Shown one piece after another: positions 8,017-17,497 of a stretch of 64,000 nucleotides of DNA (positions are counted from its first letter, which is position 1; the number at the start of each line of letters is the position of its first letter). This DNA is from an uncultured virus (IMG/VR IMGVR_UViG_3300025706_000025) (Duplodnaviria > Heunggongvirae > Uroviricota > Caudoviricetes): the IMG/VR virus record IMGVR_UViG_3300025706_000025, one strand, 5' to 3'. The notes below the pieces were generated by a model that had not been told where the DNA came from, searched no databases, and saw nothing but the letters and a program-made list of their open reading frames with translations. The translations under genes and the position numbers were made by a program.

Positions 8017-8445
8017 GTGAGTCAAAAACTAAACGCGATGAAGCACGGGCAATCGAAAACCCCGCTTTATCGCGTGTGGAACGCGATGAAGAATCGTTGT
8101 GCAAATAAATCACACAAGGATTACGGCGGCCGAGGGATTTCAGTCTGCCCGCGATGGCTCGTGTGGGAAAACTTCCGAGACGATATGAGTCCGTCATTCA
8201 AAGAGGGACTCAGTCTCGATCGCATAGATAACGACGGCAATTACGAACCAACGAATTGCAGATGGGCTACTCGGATAGAGCAACGCGCGAATACACGACG
8301 TTCAGCTCCTCCGGAACTTGTACAAAAGTTAGCCGAAATCTGTCTGTCGTACTCGCATTACAAAAATCGACTTTTTCATGGCTGGACTCACGAACAAGCC
8401 AGCTCAATTCCTTTAGGAGGCAAAAGAAAATCATGGCAGTTATGA
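8017..8445 (+). CDS. free-standing HNH endonuclease
   Basis: KHG.SKTPLYRVW.AMKNRC...YGGRGISVC..W...LDRIDNDGNYEPTNCRWAT. Confidence 0.9.
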   Translation: MSQKLNAMKHGQSKTPLYRVWNAMKNRCANKSHKDYGGRGISVCPRWLVWENFRDDMSPSFKEGLSLDRIDNDGNYEPTNCRWATRIEQRANTRRSAPPELVQKLAEICLSYSHYKNRLFHGWTHEQASSIPLGGKRKSWQL

Positions 8446-8816
8446 CACTTGGTGCAATGATCGACAACATGTTCGATATCCGTGAGCAGCGCCGCGCACT
8501 GGGCGCAGAAGATAAGCGCCTCGAAGCAGACGCCAAAGAACTCGAAGCCAAGATCATTGCCAAGCTTGATGCCGAGGGCACTGACCGGGGCGCCAGCAAG
8601 AAAGCATCAGCCACTATCTCTGAATCTGACGAACCGAACGTGGTCGACTGGGACAAGTTCTGTGCCTTTGCCAAGCGCACTGGCAACATGCACTTGTTTC
8701 AGCGGCGTGTTTCTGCGCCGGCGTGGCGCGAGCTGCGCGGCCTGAAGAAATCTGAAGTACCCGGTTTGGAGGTCTTCAAGAAACGCAGCATCAATCTGCG
8801 TGTAGTTTCCAAATAA
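8433..8816 (+). CDS. conserved phage replication-region protein
   Basis: AGGAGG RBS; coiled coil then V.DWD.F...LFQRRVS...VPGL. Confidence 0.7.
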   Translation: MAVMTLGAMIDNMFDIREQRRALGAEDKRLEADAKELEAKIIAKLDAEGTDRGASKKASATISESDEPNVVDWDKFCAFAKRTGNMHLFQRRVSAPAWRELRGLKKSEVPGLEVFKKRSINLRVVSK

Positions 8817-8840
8817 CTTAACTCTCTGAAAGGAGAACCC

Positions 8841-9659
8841 ATGGCCTCAAAAGCTAAAGCAGCAGGTACCGCGGTAGCAGTTGCCCGCGCGAAAGTGAAC
8901 CTTCCGGCTCACCTTCAGGCAGGTAGCGATGACGTTGTAGCTTTTCAACAACGGCTGTCGGCCCCGTCGGGCAACAAGATCAGCGTTACGCAAGACAAGA
9001 AGTTCTCCATGCCCCCGACCGATGCTTTCCCGGCCGGCGTCAAGATGGACACCATTCATGGTGTGATCGTCGATTTCATCGCCAAGAAGAACTGGTACGA
9101 AGGCGCTTTCAATCGTGACAACATCGTGCCGCCTAACTGCTTCGCGCTGGATTTCGTTGCGCATGACGCGCTGCTTCCGTCCGAGAATTCGCCGGATATC
9201 CAAGGCGAAGCCTGCAAGACGTGCGAAATGAACCAGTGGGTTCCCGTCGCCCCCGGTGCAACGAAGAAGAAAAAGGCTTGCCAAGACAAGTACGTTTTGG
9301 CCCTTCTCGCTCCGGACGCAGCCGAAGGCGCATCGCTGATTACGTTGGAACTGTCGGCGACGGCCATCAAGGCGTTCGACAAGTACGTGCGTGATCTGGC
9401 CAATGACTACGGTCTGGCCCCTTACGCATTCGTCACCGAGTTTTCGTTCGATCCAAATTCGGAATGGGCGAGCGTTCGCTGCGGCAATCCGGCCCCGGTC
9501 AACAAGGCTTTGTACGAACTGGCAAAAAGCAAGCGCGAGGAAGCCGTTACGGTTCTCCGCGTCGAGCCGCAAACCAGCGAGTTCGAAGAAAAGGTAGTCG
9601 CAGCTCGTCTGCCTGCACCGAAAGCGCGTGCTGCCGGCAAGCCGGCCGCTAAGCGCTGA
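8841..9659 (+). CDS. putative ssDNA-binding/annealing protein
   Basis: position after pol; PNC...C..C..NQW...KAC Cys motif; function inferred. Confidence 0.5.
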   Translation: MASKAKAAGTAVAVARAKVNLPAHLQAGSDDVVAFQQRLSAPSGNKISVTQDKKFSMPPTDAFPAGVKMDTIHGVIVDFIAKKNWYEGAFNRDNIVPPNCFALDFVAHDALLPSENSPDIQGEACKTCEMNQWVPVAPGATKKKKACQDKYVLALLAPDAAEGASLITLELSATAIKAFDKYVRDLANDYGLAPYAFVTEFSFDPNSEWASVRCGNPAPVNKALYELAKSKREEAVTVLRVEPQTSEFEEKVVAARLPAPKARAAGKPAAKR

Positions 9660-9907
9660 TGTTCTGCGGATCGTGGCGCACTAACCGTGCGCTCGATTCG
9701 TACCGTTCGCTCCTCGGCGTCGTCGAGGAGCTGACGGAAGAAGAGGTGTATCACTGCCTCAAACTCGAAGTGCAATCCCAAAGGCGGAAGACAATTGTCG
9801 ACCGTCTAATCACCCGAGCTGCCGACCTTAACAAGCAGCAGTTCATCAATTCTCTAAAGGAGAAAATGTATGGCTCGCCCGAAATCCGTGATCCTCTCGA
9901 AGGATGA
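9659..9907 (+). CDS. hypothetical protein
   Basis: TGATG coupling. Confidence 0.55.
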   Translation: MFCGSWRTNRALDSYRSLLGVVEELTEEEVYHCLKLEVQSQRRKTIVDRLITRAADLNKQQFINSLKEKMYGSPEIRDPLEG

Positions 9908-10133
9908 GAAGAAGTCCATCGTCGCCGAACTCAAGACCAAGGTCAAGGCCGCGAAGGATAGCGTCAAGCAGTTCGCCGGCATCGCCAAGGAAGCCGACAA
10001 GGTCTATACCGCCGCCGGCAAGGCCCATCTGGCTGCCCTGAAAGCGAATGACAAGGCCGCGGCCGCCGCTGCCAAGGAACTGGCTTCGCTGGAAGCCCAG
10101 CTGAACGCGCTGACCACTTCCGTTACCGCCTAA
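9870..10133 (+). CDS. Ala/Lys-rich, possibly DNA-binding protein
   Basis: AAGGAG RBS, strong codon bias. Confidence 0.7.
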   Translation: MARPKSVILSKDEKKSIVAELKTKVKAAKDSVKQFAGIAKEADKVYTAAGKAHLAALKANDKAAAAAAKELASLEAQLNALTTSVTA

Positions 10134-10218
10134 AGCGGCTTGGAGTTTCCTCGTTCTCCGGTTGCGCGATCTTGTGATACCGCACAAACAAAACGAGGAC
10201 TAATTCTGAGGAGTAATA

Positions 10219-10767
10219 ATGCGACGCATCATGCTCGACATCGAGACACTTGATACTGCTTCGACAGCGGTTATTCTGTCAATCGGCGCAGTCGAATTCG
10301 ATGATACAACTCTTGGCCGTCGGTTCCACGAACGAATCGACATTGACTCGTGCCTCAAGCACGGGCTTACCGTGAGCGGCAACACTATCGAGTGGTGGAT
10401 GGAGCAGTCCGCGGAAGCGCGTAATATTTTCAAGCACGCTTCCCTACCACTCGACCGCGTGTTGATCGATTTGGCTACGTGGCTCGACTGGGGCCAAGTC
10501 GACGAGGTCTGGGCCAACGGCTCTGACTTCGACTTCCCGATCATCGCTAATGCGTTCAAGGCGATTGGTGCCGGTAATCCGCCGTGGGCATATTTCAAGC
10601 TCCGCGATTACCGGACCATTCGCAAAATGTACCCGAAAGCGTTGGCCAAGAGCCTCGAGCATGCCCCGGCCGTCAAACACGACGCGCTGGAAGATGCAAT
10701 TGCACAGGCGCTGACGCTGCAGGCGTTGATCGCCTGCAAGGAACCTCTTCAGGAGTTGGCAGCATGA
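10219..10767 (+). CDS. DEDDh 3'-5' exonuclease (Rv2179c/DUF5051-like)
   Basis: MLDIETL, TIEWW, WANGSDFD, RDYRT, HDALEDA. Confidence 0.88.
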   Translation: MRRIMLDIETLDTASTAVILSIGAVEFDDTTLGRRFHERIDIDSCLKHGLTVSGNTIEWWMEQSAEARNIFKHASLPLDRVLIDLATWLDWGQVDEVWANGSDFDFPIIANAFKAIGAGNPPWAYFKLRDYRTIRKMYPKALAKSLEHAPAVKHDALEDAIAQALTLQALIACKEPLQELAA

Positions 10768-11261
10768 AACTTGCCGAATGCCACCCGACCCGTAAGCACC
10801 AAGCACGCGGTATGTGCAAAGCGTGTTACGACAAATGGCTGAAGGCGCAAAATGCCGAGTACAAAGATCGTCAGCTTTCTAACGCAACAGTCTGGGCGCG
10901 TAATAACCCAGACAAGATGGCGATCATTGCGGCTCGGCGTAAAGCAAAAGATAAAGCAGACCCTACTTTCTCTGCTCGCCAAAGAGACAGGGCAATTAAA
11001 AGGAAGTACGGCATATCGCAAGTTGAGTACGAAGCAATGTTCAAAAAGCAGAAAGGACGTTGCGCGATATGCCACAGAGAATCCGGTGAAAAACCTTTAC
11101 ACATCGACCATTGCCATAAAACGGGCGTAGTACGCGGGCTGTTGTGTCATCAGTGTAACTGGTATCTCGGAACTATCGAGGCAGATCATCATGTATGGAC
11201 GAGGCTTAGTAAATATGTCGCTACCGCAAAAAGCATCAAAGCAAATAACTCCCGTCGCTAA
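10764..11261 (+). CDS. free-standing recombination endonuclease VII-family homing endonuclease
   Basis: KYGIS...QKGRCAIC...HIDHCHKTGVVRGLLCHQCN; AGGAG RBS, ATGA overlap. Confidence 0.88.
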   Translation: MKLAECHPTRKHQARGMCKACYDKWLKAQNAEYKDRQLSNATVWARNNPDKMAIIAARRKAKDKADPTFSARQRDRAIKRKYGISQVEYEAMFKKQKGRCAICHRESGEKPLHIDHCHKTGVVRGLLCHQCNWYLGTIEADHHVWTRLSKYVATAKSIKANNSRR

Positions 11262-11568
11262 AAATCAGGCGATGAAGAAGGATATCGGCAAACCACCACT
11301 CAGCCTCATATCCCGGGCTGCGCTAGAAGAGGAAGCACGTGTCATGGCCTTTGGAGCAGGGAAATACGGGACACATTTGTGGCGACAGGGCATGGATTTC
11401 AGTCGTCTCATGGATGCTGCTCTTCGCCATGTTTATGCCTTTGCTGACGGAGAAGACATGGACAAAGAAACTGGTCTTAGCCATCTCGCTCACGCTCGTT
11501 GTTGTCTCGCTTTTCTCCTTGAGTACCAAGGGAAGCGGATAGGCAAGGACGATCGGTATGGCCGTTAA
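11215..11568 (+). CDS. dATP/dGTP diphosphohydrolase domain protein (DUF5664-like)
   Basis: K.D.GKP.LSL...FGAGKYG...W..G...AALRH...GED.D.ETGLSHLAHA; start uncertain. Confidence 0.85.
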   Translation: MSLPQKASKQITPVAKNQAMKKDIGKPPLSLISRAALEEEARVMAFGAGKYGTHLWRQGMDFSRLMDAALRHVYAFADGEDMDKETGLSHLAHARCCLAFLLEYQGKRIGKDDRYGR

Positions 11569-11968
11569 ACCAGAGAATTCGTTCATCTCCGGGGTGCATA
11601 AGCACCTTCCATCTATCAAGGTGATTCACCGCGAGAAGATGAATAACCCGTATCGTGGCGGTACGGCCGACATGTGGTATTCCGGAAAATTGAACGATCT
11701 GTGGATCGAGTACAAATTCCTGCCGCGTGTGCCACAACGCGGCATCATCACGCCCGAACGAATTGGACTGTCTGCATTGCAGTCGGACTGGTTACGAGGG
11801 CGTTATGCGGAAGGTAGGAACGTCGGCGTGATTGTCGGCTGTCCGAAAGGTGGCGTCATCATGCGCGACCTTATGTGGGAATTGGAGTGGTCCGTAGAAG
11901 ACTTTAGCAAAGCCATTTGCGACCGCAAATTTCTTGCAAACTGGATCGTGCAGCAAACTACAGGATAG
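11558..11968 (+). CDS. VRR-NUC-like nuclease / Holliday junction resolvase
   Basis: E..F...G.AD...WIEYK...LS.LQ..WL. Confidence 0.7.
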   Translation: MAVKPENSFISGVHKHLPSIKVIHREKMNNPYRGGTADMWYSGKLNDLWIEYKFLPRVPQRGIITPERIGLSALQSDWLRGRYAEGRNVGVIVGCPKGGVIMRDLMWELEWSVEDFSKAICDRKFLANWIVQQTTG

Positions 11969-12322
11969 GTCATGGCTGTAGCCCACTTGGTAGTCGCGAC
12001 GAAAGTCGTGGGGTTGACCTACCGCCTGCTGTCGACAACGACAATGATCGGCTTTCTAGTTCTCGGTGTTGTGCAAATAGCACGTGAAGCCCGACGTCAG
12101 AAGCACGGCGGTTAAATACGGGAGTGGGCCACGTGCTCACTCCCGCTTTCTTTGGTGAGCAATTGATGAGTCTTTGCATCGTAGTAACCGGCAATCCTGC
12201 CGAAGGGTTCGAGCATATCGGCCCATTTACGCAAGAACACTATGCCGCAGAGTGGGCTGACACATGGCTGCCCTCTCTCGACTGGTGGGTAATCCCTCTA
12301 ACGAATGAAAAGGAAAAGGAAA

Positions 12323-12620
12323 ATGAGCCAGACAAAAATGAATGACTGGGAAACGGCGCGTATCGCTCGCAGTATTAGCGAAAAAGCTTTCGAGCATGTT
12401 ATCGGTCCGATCGACAACAAGATCAATGAGTTGTTGCGCGCAGGGTACGCGAACACACTTTCGTTACTCGGTGTTTCGCCTTCCATTCTCGCGGCCGGAA
12501 GCTGCGAGTTTCATCGCTTCTTATTTCAATATTGTCAGCCCGATATCCAAGATGACAAGCCCGCTCGAAGTGCTACTGGCTAAATATCTTCCGATGTTGC
12601 CAGCCCCCAAAGGAGAATGA
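12323..12620 (+). pseudogene. possible frameshifted or internally deleted gene
   Basis: N-part in frame of ORF 12305-12583, protein-like C-tail in frame of ORF 12342-12620 abutting next RBS. Confidence 0.3.
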
Positions 12621-12621
12621 A

Positions 12622-13593
12622 ATGAGCGCAGCAGTTGAAAGCATGGCCTACGTGGGCGCTGTCCCGTGGCATGGCCTCGGTAATCTCGTCAATGAAAACA
12701 TCTCGCTCGACGAGTTTCAAAAAGAAGCCGGTCTGAACTGGGAAGTCCAGAAGACGCCGGTACAGTTCACTACTCGTCTTGCTCAAGACGGCGAGCTGAT
12801 TACCGAGACCCACAGGTTCAAGGACAAGTTTGTCCTGAATCGTACTTCGGACTTCAAGCCGTTTGCCGTGGTCTCCGGTCGGTATAAACCGGTGCAGCCA
12901 AAGGAAATCTTTGAGTTCTTCCGCGACCTGTTGGCCATGCACAACATGAAGATGCACACCGCCGGCAGCCTCAAGGACGGCGGCCGTATTTGGTGCCTTG
13001 CCGAAACCGGTGATGTTCACAAGGTGCTCGGCAACGATCGTGTGGATGGCTACCTGCTTCTCAGCACGTCCTACGATCTGACGCTCTCTACGCTTGCGCA
13101 GTTCACCTCTGTCCGAGTGGTTTGCAACAATACCCTTCAGCAGGCACTGGCAAATAGCACCGGCCGGGTCACTATCCCGCACGTCAAGGAGTTCAACGCG
13201 GACGATATCAAGGGGCAACTGGGTATCGGCCGAGAGCAATGGCAAGCGTTTACCACCGCCCTCGATGTGTTGGCCAAGATCAAGCTCGACGAAACACATG
13301 CTACCAAGCTGGTCGAGAAAATCTTTGCCATTCCGGAAGATCCGGAAAAGCGCATGGTCGATCCCAACCGGCTGCACTCGGTCAATGTGTCCGACATGTT
13401 CAAGTTCGACAACGCCAAGGGCGCGGAGATGGCTGGCCGCACTGCGTGGGGTCTGCTCAACTGCGTGACCGAGTATGTCGATCACCATAAGCGCGCCCGT
13501 AACCAAGGCAACCGCATCGACTCCGCGTGGTTCGGCCCTGGCGCCGCCCTTAAGGGCGCGGCGATGAACGAGCTGATGCTTCTGGCAGCGTAG
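12622..13593 (+). CDS. DUF932 / TIGR03299 phage-plasmid protein
   Basis: MAYVG..PWHGLG, TAGSL.DG..IW.LA, VRVVCNNTL, TAWGLLNCVTEYVDH. Confidence 0.9.
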   Translation: MSAAVESMAYVGAVPWHGLGNLVNENISLDEFQKEAGLNWEVQKTPVQFTTRLAQDGELITETHRFKDKFVLNRTSDFKPFAVVSGRYKPVQPKEIFEFFRDLLAMHNMKMHTAGSLKDGGRIWCLAETGDVHKVLGNDRVDGYLLLSTSYDLTLSTLAQFTSVRVVCNNTLQQALANSTGRVTIPHVKEFNADDIKGQLGIGREQWQAFTTALDVLAKIKLDETHATKLVEKIFAIPEDPEKRMVDPNRLHSVNVSDMFKFDNAKGAEMAGRTAWGLLNCVTEYVDHHKRARNQGNRIDSAWFGPGAALKGAAMNELMLLAA

Positions 13594-13787
13594 TTGGTCA
13601 ACCGGAGCATGCTCCGGCGTTCCCAGCCACAGGTGGGATGCTCACGGAAAACAGTGGCAGTGGAAACCGGCGCCTTCGTACCGTCGGTCGCGTCCGCCGT
13701 AAGAAACGCTCGAGATGACGTTAGTCCCGGCGAGCCGTGTCCTTAATTCTGAGGACCAGTCTCCCGGGCACCAATTAGGAGAAGAAC

Positions 13788-14339
13788 ATGGGTTGGCTTT
13801 TCGGGCATTACGAACGTAGACCACTGATCGAACACCTCGTTAACGGCAACGGCCTCAAGACAATCAGGCATTGCTTGGTCGGCAATAACCTGTGGTGCGT
13901 GCATGAGCATGAAGAACAGCACGCTCCGTTGGTTCGTTTTACCGCTACTGGGGAACGGGTAACAGAAACCAGTACGACACACCGGTGGGCGTGTCTGTAC
14001 TTGTTGCGCGGTTCTCCGAAGGTCAAGAACGACTGCTACAACTGGGGGTACAAGGACGTCGACGAAACGATGGGGCCAAACGAAATTTCGTTCCCCTACA
14101 CGTGGCTCGGCCTTCTTACCCCGATCGCCAGCGAGTACGCGAACGCGTGGCGGGCACGGGTTAAAGAGCGCGGAGAGAAAAGCCGACGCATGGTTATCGG
14201 TAGCAAATGGAAAGGATACGGTCACGCTTTCGAAATTCGCGAGCGACGCGGTCCCTCTTCTTTTCTTGTTGTCGATGAGACCGGGATGTCATGGCGAGTA
14301 ACAACCAGACAGCTTTTGACTACTGAGGAGATTCAATAA
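13788..14339 (+). CDS. hypothetical protein
   Basis: AGGAG RBS; WGYKD.DE.MGP motif. Confidence 0.7.
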   Translation: MGWLFGHYERRPLIEHLVNGNGLKTIRHCLVGNNLWCVHEHEEQHAPLVRFTATGERVTETSTTHRWACLYLLRGSPKVKNDCYNWGYKDVDETMGPNEISFPYTWLGLLTPIASEYANAWRARVKERGEKSRRMVIGSKWKGYGHAFEIRERRGPSSFLVVDETGMSWRVTTRQLLTTEEIQ

Positions 14340-14668
14340 TGGGCTACACCACGTATTTCACCGTGTCACGTGAAGATGACAAACCATTCACTCCAGAAGA
14401 ACGTGAAGCGCTTCTCGCGTTAGACGTCTTTGAAGACGAAACAAACGAGGGCAAAGAGACCATCTGCATGGGTGGCCTCGCGAAGTGGTACGAGTGTTTC
14501 GAAGACATGAAGGACTTCAGCCTGAAATTCCCGGGCGTGGTGTTCAAGATGCACGGCGAAGGCGAAGAAAGAGGCGACCTTTGGGACGCATATTTTAAGG
14601 ACGGCAAAGGGCAAGATTGCCCGGCCGACATTCTCTACCCAATCTACGACGAGACGAAACTGACATGA
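14339..14668 (+). CDS. hypothetical phage protein
   Basis: MGY.T.F...KWY...GEGEE.GDLW. Confidence 0.7.
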   Translation: MGYTTYFTVSREDDKPFTPEEREALLALDVFEDETNEGKETICMGGLAKWYECFEDMKDFSLKFPGVVFKMHGEGEERGDLWDAYFKDGKGQDCPADILYPIYDETKLT

Positions 14669-14898
14669 CCACGAGAAACTGGAAACCGGAAGTCCAGACC
14701 GGCAATGACAAGAACTGGTACGGCAACGCGCTGGTGTTCGCGACCCAGAAGGAAGCCGAGTACAGCGCGCGAGATTTGATGAATCGCTGGCTGTTGGTGG
14801 TTGATTACCGCGCCATTGAGTCGGACGACCCGGTTAATTACCGCATCGACTTTGAGAACAATACGATGATCGCTGTGGAAAATGAAACTGCATCCTAA
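14665..14898 (+). CDS. hypothetical phage protein
   Basis: ATGA coupling; WKPEV...WYGNAL.FAT. Confidence 0.65.
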   Translation: MTTRNWKPEVQTGNDKNWYGNALVFATQKEAEYSARDLMNRWLLVVDYRAIESDDPVNYRIDFENNTMIAVENETAS

Positions 14899-15130
14899 TC
14901 TCGATATCCGTCACATGCTCGCTCCGTTGTTCAAACGCGGCTGGGTATTCGAGGACATCAACATGCATTACAAAATCCGGTCTCCGACCGGGCGATTGCT
15001 TTCGATGTCGTTGTCGTCTTCTAATCCGGCTTCGATTAAGCGCATCCGGGCCGATATCGCACGCATAGAAAGAAGTGAAAATGCATCTCTCCGAAGAGAA
15101 AAAAGAAAAACTGATCACGGCATTGATTGA
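14882..15130 (+). CDS. small basic protein, possibly HicA-like fold
   Basis: GW......HYKIRSPTG pattern. Confidence 0.4.
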   Translation: MKLHPNLDIRHMLAPLFKRGWVFEDINMHYKIRSPTGRLLSMSLSSSNPASIKRIRADIARIERSENASLRREKRKTDHGID

Positions 15131-15299
15131 TTGTCGTCTTCAAAACATCAGGAACTGCAGTTGCGAATCTGAATGGATTGCGGACGTAATGAATTTCGGC
15201 TGGATCGGTTATGACAAGCACACCGATGCAGAAATACTCGAAGACGCTGACAATCTTGGCTGGAAAAATATCGGTCTCAACAGAAAGGATTTCAAGTGA
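15075..15299 (+). CDS. hypothetical protein
   Basis: coupled to next gene (GTGA); start uncertain. Confidence 0.5.
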   Translation: MKMHLSEEKKEKLITALIDCRLQNIRNCSCESEWIADVMNFGWIGYDKHTDAEILEDADNLGWKNIGLNRKDFK

Positions 15300-15757
15300 A
15301 TCCCGACAAAGCGCGAAAGTACATGGAGATTGCCTATGCCGCCGCGAAGTTCAGCAAAGACACGTCAACGCAAGTTGGAGCGGTCATTATCGGCGCGTCG
15401 AATGAAGTCCGATCACTTGGATACAACGGCGCACCTCGTGGCTGTTCGGCGGATGATGAGGGAGATGCGCGCGGTACAACTCGCCCAGAAAAATATTTCT
15501 GGTTCTCTCATGCCGAACTCAACGCTATCACGAATGCGGCGCGCGTGGGCACACCTTTGGACGGTAGCACCATTGTTGTTACTCACCCTCCCTGTATGGA
15601 TTGTGCTCGCGCAATCGTCCAAGCAGGAATCAAGCAGGTGGTTGCTGTGCGGCCAACTGCCGAGTTTGCAGAGCGGTGGATTGAGCACATCCGAAGGGTT
15701 CAAGCTCTTTTCCAAGAGTGCAGAATTGGATATTACGAAATTTCAACCAAGGAGTAA
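15296..15757 (+). CDS. dCMP deaminase
   Basis: SKD.STQVGAVI, GYNG.PRG, HAELNAI, PCMDC. Confidence 0.93.
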   Translation: MNPDKARKYMEIAYAAAKFSKDTSTQVGAVIIGASNEVRSLGYNGAPRGCSADDEGDARGTTRPEKYFWFSHAELNAITNAARVGTPLDGSTIVVTHPPCMDCARAIVQAGIKQVVAVRPTAEFAERWIEHIRRVQALFQECRIGYYEISTKE

Positions 15758-15762
15758 AAAGC

Positions 15763-15996
15763 ATGAAACTGTACAAGGTAAATTCCCCTGAACATCATTG
15801 GGAAGACGGCGAAGTAAACAAGGCTGCCGTCGAGTGGCACGGCACGCAGGCAGACGCCCGCAAGTCGCGCATCGCCTTCGAGCAGCCGTTCAAGGACATC
15901 AAGCCGGCCAAGCGCCCGCGCGTCGAAGTCGAGGAAGTCGACGTTCCGACCGACAAGGCTGGCCTGCTTGTTTGGCTGAACACGAACGCAGTGTGA
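15763..15996 (+). CDS. hypothetical protein
   Basis: AAGGAG RBS. Confidence 0.65.
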   Translation: MKLYKVNSPEHHWEDGEVNKAAVEWHGTQADARKSRIAFEQPFKDIKPAKRPRVEVEEVDVPTDKAGLLVWLNTNAV

Positions 15997-16178
15997 GCTA
16001 CGTCGCCTACGCGCGACAGAAGGATGGCAAGCTGGCGGCATTCGAAGTGCCGTCGGACTTGTCCATTCCCGAAGTCATCGAAGCCGTGAAGAGCGAACTC
16101 GACGTCGAGCGAGCGATGGTGCTCGTATATGATGCCGACAAAACACCACGTCCTCCATCTGAAAAGGAAGCAGCATGA
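15993..16178 (+). CDS. hypothetical protein
   Basis: GTGA/ATGA coupling on both sides. Confidence 0.5.
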   Translation: MSYVAYARQKDGKLAAFEVPSDLSIPEVIEAVKSELDVERAMVLVYDADKTPRPPSEKEAA

Positions 16179-16855
16179 TCATCTCTCCGATGAAGGTTAC
16201 ATACCGTCGGCACATGGGCGACGATTTGACTATTGTCGATGCAGCCCGTGTATCGTTCGATAAAGAAAGCAAGTGGGAAGACACGGACAGCAGATTTAAT
16301 CAGCTGAATCACGACGATAGCAAACTCATCAACTATCTTGCCAAGCACAAGCACTGGTCGCCGTTCGCTCACACCAGCGTGCAGCTGCGGGTCAAGGCGC
16401 CGATCTTCGTTGCCCGCCAGCTGGTCAAGCACCAAGTCGGCGGCGTCTGGAACGAAGTCTCGCGTCGGTACGTCGATAGCGAGCCGGAGTTCTGGTTCCC
16501 GGAAGTCTGGCGCGGTCGTCCGGTAAACGCCAAGCAGGGAAGCAATGGGATGATCGACAATGTATTCACCAAACAACTTGTGGATGTAACGAGCAAGGAT
16601 ACGATGGGGAATGCTTTGGCAGCATACATCTACATGCTCGGCGAGGGTGTTGCTCCTGAACAGGCTCGCATGGTCTTGCCACAGAACATGATGACCGAGT
16701 GGATTTGGACCGGCTCGCTGATGTTCTGGTGCCGTGTCTGTCGCGAGCGGCTGGCCCCCGGCGCGCAGGCAGAGACTCGTGAAGTTGCCGAGCAGATCGC
16801 CGAGATCGTCGCCCCGCTGTTCCCGGTTTCGTGGGCAGCTCTGATGGAGAAGTGA
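16175..16855 (+). CDS. thyX: FAD-dependent thymidylate synthase
   Basis: AARVSF, H.SPF.H, PIFVARQLVKH, NEVSRRY, APEQARMVLPQ. Confidence 0.93.
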   Translation: MIISPMKVTYRRHMGDDLTIVDAARVSFDKESKWEDTDSRFNQLNHDDSKLINYLAKHKHWSPFAHTSVQLRVKAPIFVARQLVKHQVGGVWNEVSRRYVDSEPEFWFPEVWRGRPVNAKQGSNGMIDNVFTKQLVDVTSKDTMGNALAAYIYMLGEGVAPEQARMVLPQNMMTEWIWTGSLMFWCRVCRERLAPGAQAETREVAEQIAEIVAPLFPVSWAALMEK

Positions 16856-17481
16856 TGCACAAGACGATCGCGATCAAGTTGATCGGCGGGCTGAGCGACA
16901 CTAGCAAAATGCCGGGGTTGTCGTTCGGCTTGCCGACAGCGAACTGCATCACCGGCGAGAAGTTGGCCAAGGTTCCCGATTCGATTTGCAGCAAATGCTA
17001 CGCGAAGAAAGGCTTTTACAAGACCTATGCTCACTCCGTCATACCTGCTCAAGAACGTCGTCTTGCCGCACTTAACGACCCGCTCTGGGTCGAAGCAATG
17101 GTGGTCAGCCTCAAACGTGAAAACTGGTTTCGATGGTTTGACTCAGGCGATCTCCAGTCGCTGGAAATGCTGTTCGGCATCGTAGAAATTGCTCGTCGCA
17201 CTCCGCACTGCATGCACTGGGTAGCAACACGGGAACGGCAGTTCGTGCGTAGCTTTCTGATGCATAACACAGTGCCGGACAACCTCTGCATTCGAGTCTC
17301 TGCGACTTTTGTCGACGTACCAGTCAAACCAATCAAAGGAGTCAATCGTGGAAACGTCCATTCCAAAGACGCGCGGCCTACTGGATACGAATGCCCAGCC
17401 CCAAAACAAAACGGAAGGTGTGAAACCTGTCGAGCGTGCTGGGACAAGTCGGTCGCGGTTGTCTCGTATAAAGAACATTAA
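16855..17481 (+). CDS. Gp88-like Cys-rich (radical-SAM-like) protein
   Basis: SKMPG.SFGLP..C...CSKCYA...FRWFDSGD...CPA...C..CRACW. Confidence 0.7.
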   Translation: MHKTIAIKLIGGLSDTSKMPGLSFGLPTANCITGEKLAKVPDSICSKCYAKKGFYKTYAHSVIPAQERRLAALNDPLWVEAMVVSLKRENWFRWFDSGDLQSLEMLFGIVEIARRTPHCMHWVATRERQFVRSFLMHNTVPDNLCIRVSATFVDVPVKPIKGVNRGNVHSKDARPTGYECPAPKQNGRCETCRACWDKSVAVVSYKEH

Positions 17482-17497
17482 CTAAGGAGCAGCAGAA

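Noticed and set aside
10584..10763. Longer ORF-track starts (10584, 8256, 17677, 60568, 31472)
   Set aside because: They overlap upstream genes or structured RNA; downstream ATGs with an RBS, coupling or domain start fit better
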